Positions 22,540 to 31,126 of a DNA stretch of 64,000 nucleotides are shown piece by piece. The notes beneath the pieces are model-generated. The model was not told where the DNA came from, searched no databases, and was given only the letters and a program-made list of their open reading frames with translations. The stretch is from Prasinococcaceae sp. CCMP 1430 (lineage: Eukaryota > Plantae > Prasinodermophyta). The number at the start of each line of letters is the position of its first letter. Positions within the stretch are counted from its first letter, which is position 1. A program made the translations under genes and the position numbers. The stretch covers positions 78,512 through 142,511 of the forward strand of contig RQSC01000806.1 of assembly GCA_013416795.1 (NCBI GenBank), written 5' to 3'.

Positions 22540-24060
22540 GCGGCGGCGGCGGACGGCGCGCGCTCGGGCGCGGCGGCGGGCCCCGGCAAGGCGACGGGAA
22601 AGAGCGTGGATCTCAAGCCGTGCCGTGGCACGCGCGACTTCCCGCCCGAGGAGATGCGCACGCGCAGCTGGCTGTTCGGCGCGTTCCACGACGTCGCGCG
22701 CGCGTTCGGCTTCGAGGAGTGGGACGCGCCCGTGCTCGAGAGCGAGGAGCTGTACACGCGCAAGGCGGGCGAGGAGATCACGGGGCAGCTCTTCAACTTC
22801 GAGGACAAGGTGCGCGCGGGGAACTGAAGGGCGCGCCGCTCGGGGGCGCGTGCTGCGCCGCGCCTTCCCCCCGCACACTGCGCCCCTTCCCCCCCCACCT
22901 CCCCATCTCCCCCCAGGCGCGCCATGCACGCGCGGCTGGCTGACGCGCCCGCCCGCCCCTCACCCCCGCACTCCCGCACACGCTCGCAGGGCGGCCGGCG
23001 GGTGAGCCTGAGGCCCGAGCTCACGCCATCGCTGGCACGGATTGCGCTGTCCAAGGGGAAGGCACTGTCGCTGCCGGCGAAGTGGTACGCGATCGGCCAG
23101 TGCTGGCGATACGAGCGCACGACGCGCGGGCGTCGCCGCGAGCACTATCAGTGGAACATGGACATCATCGGTGTGCCCGGCGTCAGCGCCGAGGCCGAGC
23201 TGCTCTCCGCCATCGCGACGCTCTTCGAGCGCCTAGGGCTGAGCTCGGCGGACGTGGGCATCAAGGTGTCCTCTCGCAAGCTCCTCCAGGGCGTCGCGGC
23301 AAAGTACGAGGTGCCGGACGAGCTCTTCGCGCCCGTGTGCGTCGTCGTGGACAAGCTCGACAAGATTGGCGCCGAGAAGGTGGAGGCGGAGCTCGCCGAG
23401 CTCGGCGTGGGCGCCGACGCCGCGCGCGGCATTTTGAACGCGCTCGGCATGAGCTCCATCGACGAGCTCGCGGCGGAGCTGGGTGAGGAGGCTGAGGCCG
23501 TCGTCGAGCTGCGCGAGATCTGGTCGCTCTGTGAGGGGTACGGAATCGCCGACTGGCTAGTCTTCGACGCCAGCGTCGTTCGCGGCCTCGCGTACTACAC
23601 TGGCGCCGTCTTCGAGGCGTTCGATCGCAAGGGTGAGCTGCGCGCCATCTGCGGCGGCGGCCGGTACGACACGCTGCTGCAGACCATGTCGGGCGGCAAG
23701 GCGGGCGTGGGGCAGCCCATGGTGGGGTTCGGCTTCGGCGACGCCGTCATCATGGAGCTGCTGGCGGACAGGAACCTGCTGCCGGAGCCCGCGGCGACTG
23801 CAGACGACGTCGTGGCCATCATGGACGAGACGCTGCGGCCGCAGGCGCTGGATGCCGCGCGGCGGCTGCGCGCGGCGGGGCGCAAAGTGGACGTCGTGCT
23901 TGAGCCCAAGAAGTTCAAGTGGATCATCCGCCACGCCGAGCGCTCTGGGGCGGAGCGGTTGGTGCTGGTGGGCTCGCAGGAGTGGCAGAAGGGTTGCGTG
24001 CGCGTCAAGGACCTCGCAAAGCGCGAGGAGCAGGACGTGCCCCTTGACGAGCTCGTCTGA
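22540..24060 (+). CDS. hisS: Organellar histidyl-tRNA synthetase; intron 22810-22989; 5' end in gap
   Basis: [57 protein letters not shown]. Confidence 0.95.
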
Positions 24061-24307
24061 GCTCACCCGCGCTTAGGTAGCCATGTGTGTTTATATCATT
24101 TTTGTGTACACATCGACGTAGAGCGACCACCGCCGAGCGGCGAGCCCGGCGAGCCACTCCGGCACACGTCCGCGCGCGCAGCTGGCGGCGCGCGCTCACG
24201 CGCCGTCCGTGGCCGGCCTTGCGAACTCGCGACGCGTAAGGATTCGTTACGGCGGAGCGAACACAGGCGAAGGCGCTGCTCTCGCTTCCTGAGGTGCCCG
24301 TGCACGC

Positions 24308-24843
24308 TCAGGCGCTGAGCATGCTGATCACGTACAGCATCGATGCGGCCGAGATGAGGCCGGAGGGCATGAACTTCTTCGATGACACGAAGCGCTTCCC
24401 CATGAACAGCATCAGACCACCGCCAACCGCCAGTGCAAGCGGCAGGCCAGCGCCCTCGAAGCCGATGAGACCCGCGGCCATGAGGAGGGCAACAGCGCCG
24501 AGCGAGAACGCGAGCGACTTGACGCTCTGAGCCTTGGCGTAGCCGGCGAAGCCACCAGCCGTCAGCAGGGCGGCGTACATCAGCGTGAAATCGTAGCGCC
24601 TGCTCTCGCTGCTGTCACCGCCGCCGCCGCCGCCGCGGCCGCCGCCGCCGCCGCCGCTGCGGTGGGAGGCGCGGAGCGTGCGGTGCGAGGCGTTGGGCTG
24701 TTGGGTGGGGTGGTGGGGGCGCTGCGGCTAGCAGCTGCGGCGGTGGGAGAGAGAGGGTGCGCGCGTGCGCACTCTTGTCGTTTCTGCCGCAATGGAATCT
24801 TGGGCTGCTCGCTTTGTGTGCCCTGCTGACGCGACGGCGCCAT
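24308..24843 (-). CDS. TMEM14/FAX family membrane protein with Gly-rich linker; probable intron 24772-24657; start uncertain
   Basis: TLMYAALLTAGGFAGYAKAQSVKSL...MGKRFVSSKKFMPSGL, preceded in frame by a poly-Gly stretch as in plastid FAX proteins. Confidence 0.75.
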
Positions 24844-24904
24844 GCCATGCTCCGAATGCTGTGCACGCTGCGCGCGGACGGCGCGCGCATGGGCAGCGGC
24901 AAGC

Positions 24905-26602
24905 ATGGCTAGCGGCGGCTACTCCGAAGACGGCGGCATGGACGAACTCCCGCTCTCGCAGGCCGACGTGGCGGCGCTGCGCACGCCTGCGGCGGCGCTA
25001 GCCATGGAGCGCCGCCTGCACGGCAGGAAGAACGGCGATGCGAATGACGGCCCGTCCAAGGCGAAAATGTTCAACGACCCCGTCCACGGCCACTTCCGCG
25101 TGGACCCGCTACTCGTGTCCGTGATCGACACCCCGCAGTTCCAGCGCCTGCGCGACCTCAAGCAACTGGGCACGTCGCATTTTGTTTTCCCGGGCGCCGT
25201 GCACACGCGCTTCGACCACTCACTGGGCGTCGCGCACCTCAGCGACGTGTTTGTGCGGCGCATCGAGGTTGGGCAGAAGTCGCTCAACATCACTTTTGAC
25301 GACATCCAGGTCGTGCGCCTTGCCGGCCTCGTCCACGACCTTGGGCACGGTCCGTTCTCGCATGTGTTCGACAACGAGTTCCTGCCAGCGGTCGGCTTCC
25401 CGAAGGGGGGGTTCGTCCACGAGAAGATGTCGTGCGACATCCTGGATTTGCTGGTGGACGAAAACAACATCGACATCGACAAGGACACGCTGGATCGCGT
25501 GAAGGAGGTGGTAATGAGCTCGGAGGTGGACATGATAGGGCCCGACGGCAGGCACAAGTGGGGTGACAAGGGTTTCTTGTGCGAGTTCGTCGCCAATGGG
25601 CGCAACAGCATAGACGTGGACAAGTTCGACTACATGATGCGGGACTGCTTCTACTCTGGTGTGAAGGCGAGCTGCGATTTCAGCCGGCTTATGGAGCAGG
25701 TCAAGGTCATCGGGGGCGAGATGTGTTGGAAGGCCTCCGAGGCAGACAACATCTACGAGCTCTTCCACACGCGTGCCTCGCTCCACCGCCGCATCTACAC
25801 GCACAAGAAGGCCAAGGCCATCGAGTTCATGGTCACCGACGCGCTCGCCGCGGCCAATCCGGTCCTGAGGATCACCGACAAGGTGAGCGACCCCCGAGAC
25901 TTCTGGAAGCTCGACGACACTGTGCTCAAGCAGATCGAGCAGATGCCGGAGGAGCCGGCGCTTGAGGACGCGAAGGGAATCATGCACCGCATTCGCACGC
26001 GCGATCTGTACACCCACGTGAACGAGGTCGTCATCCCGCCCGAGAGGCTGCCGCATTGGCTGAACAGGAAGGTGTTGCCCGAGGAGATTATCACCTGCAC
26101 GCCGCACGAGTTCGCGGACGCCAAGCTGACCGCCGCCGACGTGCGCGTGAACAACATGAAGATCAACTACTGCAAGAAGGACGCGCACGGGCGTTCGATC
26201 AACCCAGTGGACTGCGTGCGCTTCTTCTCGGACATGACCGACCAGACCTCGTTCCTCATCCCGAAGGACAAGGTGTCCTCGATGATGCCCGCGCACTTCG
26301 AGGAGCGTCGCGTGCGCGTGTACTGCTCGACCAGCCGCAAGTCGGACGACTACCAGCGCAAGTGTGAGGCGCTGGCGGCCGCCTTCGAGAAATTCCAGGA
26401 GCAGGAGGGCATGCGAGACCAGCAGGTCCACAGGACGCCCTTGAAGCAGCAGCGCAAGCGACAGCGCAGCGACGCGTCGCTGGCGGGCCCGGGGGAGGAC
26501 ACTCCGCACAGCGCGCACACGGGCACGTACGTGGGTGATCGCCAACGCCAACTCCAGGGCCAGCGCCTCTTCGCGAGAGGCCTCGGCAACGGCATGCAGT
26601 GA
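24905..26602 (+). CDS. SAMHD1/VEN4-like HD-domain dNTP triphosphohydrolase
   Basis: FNDPVHGH, IDTPQFQRLRDLKQLG, HTRFDHSLGV, HDLGHGPFSH, HE, DVDKFDY. Confidence 0.93.
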   Translation: MASGGYSEDGGMDELPLSQADVAALRTPAAALAMERRLHGRKNGDANDGPSKAKMFNDPVHGHFRVDPLLVSVIDTPQFQRLRDLKQLGTSHFVFPGAVHTRFDHSLGVAHLSDVFVRRIEVGQKSLNITFDDIQVVRLAGLVHDLGHGPFSHVFDNEFLPAVGFPKGGFVHEKMSCDILDLLVDENNIDIDKDTLDRVKEVVMSSEVDMIGPDGRHKWGDKGFLCEFVANGRNSIDVDKFDYMMRDCFYSGVKASCDFSRLMEQVKVIGGEMCWKASEADNIYELFHTRASLHRRIYTHKKAKAIEFMVTDALAAANPVLRITDKVSDPRDFWKLDDTVLKQIEQMPEEPALEDAKGIMHRIRTRDLYTHVNEVVIPPERLPHWLNRKVLPEEIITCTPHEFADAKLTAADVRVNNMKINYCKKDAHGRSINPVDCVRFFSDMTDQTSFLIPKDKVSSMMPAHFEERRVRVYCSTSRKSDDYQRKCEALAAAFEKFQEQEGMRDQQVHRTPLKQQRKRQRSDASLAGPGEDTPHSAHTGTYVGDRQRQLQGQRLFARGLGNGMQ

Positions 26603-26685
26603 AAAGCTAATAGTGCTACCTGACGGCGTGGGCTCGCGGCAGCCCTGTGGTGGCGCAACGTACTTGCAGAGTAGAGGTGCTGACT

Positions 26686-26690
26686 TTACA
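26686..26690 (-). promoter_or_regulatory. TGTAA chlorophyte-type polyadenylation signal downstream of the tandem-CP12 gene
   Basis: TTACA on the + strand. Similar motifs lie 3' of other genes at 16865(-), 36762(+), 47291(-) and 62256(-). Confidence 0.45.
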
Positions 26691-26997
26691 TAACTTTTTT
26701 GCTCGCGATGTTATCAGGTAGTACACTTGTCTGCGCTGCGCTTGGGGACCGCGCGCGCCACGCGGCGCAGCGCCGCCGCACCTCGACCCGGTGTCCTCAC
26801 CCATGCCCTCGCGCGCGCATGCGCCCGCGCGGTCGCGTGGAAGCATCAGCCAACTCTCCAATCTTATGACTTGGCAGATCGCGTGGAAGTGCCCGCCTGG
26901 GCGGTGCCGAATGATGGCCGCGCGCGAACAAGAATCTGCTGCGTGCGTGCGCGCTCGCGCATGCGCGCGCGCGCGCGTGCAGCCGCCTCGGAGTCGC

Positions 26998-28448
26998 TTA
27001 GTCCGAAGCGTGCTTCTTGGCAGCGGAGAGCTCCTCGACGGTGTCCCACTCGGCGGCGCAGTCCTCCGTGCAGCTCTGCGGGCGTCGGAACAGGCCGCCG
27101 CGATGTGCGCACGTGCGAGCGAACGAGCAAGTGTAGGCAGCGCCCCGTAGCGTACGCTCGCGTCAGCAACGTGGGATGAGGGTGGGGGTCGGGGGTGGGG
27201 TGGGGAGGAGCTGACAAGCATGCTCGCGCCACCGAGGTTTCGCGCGTGCGCCTTCGCGCGGGCGCACCTGCGCGACCGCAATGGCCTCAGCGAGCGCGTC
27301 CTCGATGCGCTTGAGCTTCGAGGTGTCGGCAGAGCCCGCGGAGCGCTTGGCCGAGGACGCGGTCGCCGCAGCGTTCTCGATGGCCCGGATCGTGTCCATG
27401 TCGAAGGTCGCGGCGCTCTGGGCCTCGTCGATGAGCGCGCGCGTCTCCTTGATGTACGCCTCGGCACCCTGCGAGCGCGTGTGCGCGCGAGCGAGTAAGA
27501 GCGCGCGAGCGTGCGCGAGAGGAGGGCGACGAGCGCATGCGGGGCGCGGCGATCGGAGACAGTCAGCGGTGGCATTCCCCGCTGGGGCAGGGCGGGGTGG
27601 GGGGCCGAGGCGCGCGACAGGGCGCGCTCAAGCGCGCACGCGCGCCACACGCGGCGCACGCGCATGCACGCCACACGCGATGCACGCCACGCGCGGCGCG
27701 CACGCACACTCCGCGCAGCCGCACAGCGGTTCGCGGATGCGCGCAAGCGCAAGAGGGCTCCCGGCGCACCTTGGGGAGCGTGGCGTTGTTGTTGGCCTTG
27801 GGCGCGTCCTCCTTGCTCGCCGCCGCCGAGAGCTCCTCAACCGTGTCCCACTCCACCGCGCAGTCGTCCTCGCACTCCTTGGCGAGCTGTGGGGCGCGAC
27901 GCGCGAGGCTGTGTTAGCGACCGCCGTGCCGACGCGATCGCAGGCGCCCTCGCGCGAGTGCGCCCACGCTGCTCACGCAGCCGACGACCGCGTGGCAGCG
28001 GCGCGAGAGCAGCGCGGGAGCGCGGGTGTTGGTGGTGGGCGGGTGGGTCGGTGGGGTGGGTGAGGGGTGGAGAGGCGCAGGCGGGGGTGCGCGGGCGGAG
28101 TTTGGCGTGCGTTTGTCGCGACGCGTGTGAGGTGGGCGCGCCGCGTGCTGGCGTGGGGCTCGCCTCGCGCCCGGCCGCCGCGCGCACCTCGAGCGCCTCC
28201 GCCAGCTTGGCCTTGAGATCGTACTCGACCTCGGGCAGGTGCCTCAGCCAGAAGGCGAGCACCTCGTCGGCGTGCTCCGCGGTGAACTCGTGCGCCGCCC
28301 AGGCGACGTTGAGGGCCTCGGAGAGCGGCGAGGCGTCGGCGGCGAGGCCGTCGGCGGCGGAGGGCGGCGCGGCGCCCGCGGAGCGAAGCGCCTCGCGCCA
28401 CCGCGAGGCTCGCGGGTCCTCTGCGCGGAGCGCGGGGTCGGGGGCGCG
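26998..28448 (-). CDS. Multi-exon protein with two tandem CP12 N-terminal modules; exons ~28448-28188, 27886-27770, 27468-27268, 27075-26998; 5' end lost at N 28449
   Basis: Three phase-0 GT-AG introns give ...YDLKAKLAEALE|LAKECEDDCAVEWDTVEELSAAASK...LPK|GAEAY...IEDALAEAIAVAQ|SCTEDCAAEWDTVEELSAAKKHASD*. Confidence 0.82.
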
Positions 28449-28897
28449 NCTTTTGTGTGTATGCGCGTGGCGTCTCTTCGGTACAATTTGAGGGGCCAGT
28501 TAGCGCGGCTCGCGGCTTTTTCCCCTGTTCCCCCGCACCCGGGCGCGAAGCCGCACCATTGAGGTATGTAATTATTAGGGTTGTGTATTCTCCGCTCAAG
28601 GGATGCATTTTGACGTTTCATCAATGCGAGACGCGTCGGCGCGAGGTTGAGGTTTCAAGCGACCGCCCGGCGCGCGCGCGGCGGCGCGCCGATGAGTGCC
28701 AGCGAGGCGAGCGGCCGGCGCGCCCCGCTGGCGACCCTCGCAGCGACCCTAACTGATTTGAGGTTTTACCGCAAGCCATCGATGGGCGAGCGTCGAATGG
28801 AACGCGAAGGTCATTTAAAATGACGAACGAATGAAAAATGAGTAGACCCTCATACGACGGCGCGGCGCGCGCGGCAGCGGCGAGGGAGCGGAGCGGG

Positions 28898-28928
28898 CCT
28901 AAACCCTACCCCTAAACCCTAAACCCTG
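28898..28928 (+). repeat. Interstitial plant-type telomeric repeats (CCCTAAA)n, degenerate
   Basis: cctaaaccctacccctaaaccctaaaccct. Confidence 0.75.
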
Positions 28929-29147
28929 AGGCCGCCCGGCCGTGAGGACACACCGGGCCGTCAGGGTGCCGGCGAGTGAGGGCCGGCCGGCGGGGGTGTT
29001 GAGGGCGTGCTCGATCGATTCCAGGCCGCGGCCGGGGCTGTTGGCTGGGGCGCGGATGGGCGGAGCTCTGCTGAGCCCGTCCGCGGCGCCCGCTCTCTAC
29101 GTTCAACAATGGGGCCCCATCCACGGTCCTTACACCAACCCCAACCC

Positions 29148-29180
<33 letters not shown>

Positions 29181-29696
29181 GTGCGGGCGGCCGCGGCGCC
29201 GCTGCTGCTGCTGCGCGCAGGCCGGCGGGTGTGGGCGGAAAGGGAGGGGGGGGGAGGGTTGCTGCTGCTGCTGCTGCTGCTGCTGCGGTGGCGATGCCTG
29301 ATAGTGTTGGTCTAGCGAGCATCAGCGCAGTCCATCCGTGGAGGTCGCTGGCCTTGTTCGCGTCGGCGCGTCCGCCGCGTCCGCTACGCCGCGCGGCGAG
29401 ACGGACACAGCGCGTGACGCGTGTGGCGCGGCGGTCGTGCACGTGCAGCGGCCCAGCGTGAGGGGCGGGGCGCCCACCGCCGGGCGCTCGCGCACCGACC
29501 TCCAAGGTCCGCGCGCTGACACTGACAATGCCGGCCTCTCTTGTCGGGTCGGCATGCTTCGAAACTCCAGCAAATTGAATTTGCCGTCAATTCACCCGAA
29601 GCAAGCAAAAGTTGCTCCCTTCTGACAACGGCTAATATGTACTGTAGCTGTTCCGTGGATGGGCCATGGACATTTCGGCTTTAGGATGGGACTCAG

Positions 29697-29737
29697 TCTA
29701 TATAAACCCGGGTATTTCTATATAAACCCGGGTATTC
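29697..29737. repeat. Tandem ~20 bp duplication containing a palindromic ACCCGGGT core
   Basis: tctatataaacccgggtatt occurs twice in tandem. Confidence 0.7.
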
Positions 29738-29989
29738 CATACCGTAAAGACTCATTTTATGGCGTCGCGTCCTGGTCCAGCCAATAGTATCAGAACGAGC
29801 AAGAGAGTCTGCTCGTCTACTCGAGTACATGGTCACAAACGATTACGCGGTCAGTTCGACGTGACCCCTCCCCCCCTTCGCTTTCGAAGCTTTCAGGGTC
29901 TGGGAATGGCTGTGACCGAAGTGTGTTGTGATGGTACATTTGCCTGGGCGACAGGGCGACATGGCTTCTTAACCCTTAAAAACCCCGGG

Positions 29990-30913
29990 TTCGGTGCCAC
30001 CGCGTGCTCGCTACCAGCGGCGGGCGGCGCGCACGCGCTCATGCCGAGGCAGCAGGCGCCCGCGTACAAGGCGACGGCCGTCGTCGGCGAGGCGTTCCAG
30101 AGGGTCGACTCCGAGAGCATGAAGGGATCCTGGCAGGTGTAAGTGCGCACGCGTGCGGCCCGATCGCGCGCGCCCCCAGGAGGCGCAGGCTGGCAGCGGC
30201 TGACACGCGGCGCGGGCGCGCCCAACGCGGCCCGGCGCGCTCGGCGCCCAGGCTCTTCTTCTACCCCTTCGACTTTACGTTCGTGTGCCCGACCGAGATC
30301 GTGGCGTTCTCAAACGCCGTGGACGACTTCGCGGCCATCAACACGAAGGTGGTGGCCGTCAGCACGGACTCAAAGTTCACGCATCTGCAGTGGGTGCGCA
30401 CGCCGCGCGACCAGGGCGGCCTCGGCCCGGTCAAGCTGCCTCTGATCGCTGACGTCAGCAAGGACATCTCGCGCGCATATGGGATGCTCGTCGAAGATCC
30501 CGAGGATGAGCTGTACGGGGCGGCGCTGCGGTACGGCGCGCGCGCGCGAGTTCGCGAGCGCGAGCCGAGCGAGTTCGCGAGCGCGAGCCGCGAGAGCGCC
30601 GCCCCGGCCCTGGAGGCCACCGTGCCGCGTCGCCAGCGCGTTGCGGAGGAACTGACACGGACGGCGGTGGCGCCCGCGGTCCACCAGCGGCGTGTTCATT
30701 ATCGATCCTCAAGGAACGATTCGCTCCATAACCGTCAACGACGAGGCCGTCGGGCGCTCGGTCGACGAGGCCATGCGCATCGTCAAGGGCTTCCAATACG
30801 CAGACGAGCACGGCGAAGGGTGCCCCGCCAACTGGCAGCCAGGCGCCAAGACGATCGTGCCCGACCCTGACGCGAGCAAGAAGTTCTTCGGCGAGTGGTC
30901 GAAGGAGGTATAG
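29990..30913 (+). CDS. Typical 2-Cys peroxiredoxin (Prx1/AhpC family); introns 30139-30251 and 30531-30687; start uncertain
   Basis: [15 protein letters not shown] (peroxidatic Cys), [27 protein letters not shown] (resolving Cys). Confidence 0.92.
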
Positions 30914-31126
30914 GCGCACGGCAAACAAACGAGCACGCAAGAGCGCGCGCGCGAGCGAGCTGAACAAGCGTGGGTGTGGCGCGCCGGGTATACATCGATT
31001 TTGGCGTTACTCGCAGTGCTGGAGACGCGCGTGCGGATCGGATCGTGTGCGCGTGGCGCGCGCGCCCGAGGCAAACAGGAGTGACCGCCGCTTGTCGGCT
31101 ACGAGCGCCGACGCGAGTGCTCGCAC

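Noticed and set aside
24308-30913. Functional gene cluster (SAMHD1, CP12-like, Prx) as a defence or redox island
   Set aside because: The neighbours are functionally unrelated housekeeping genes in mixed orientation, with no evidence of co-regulation.
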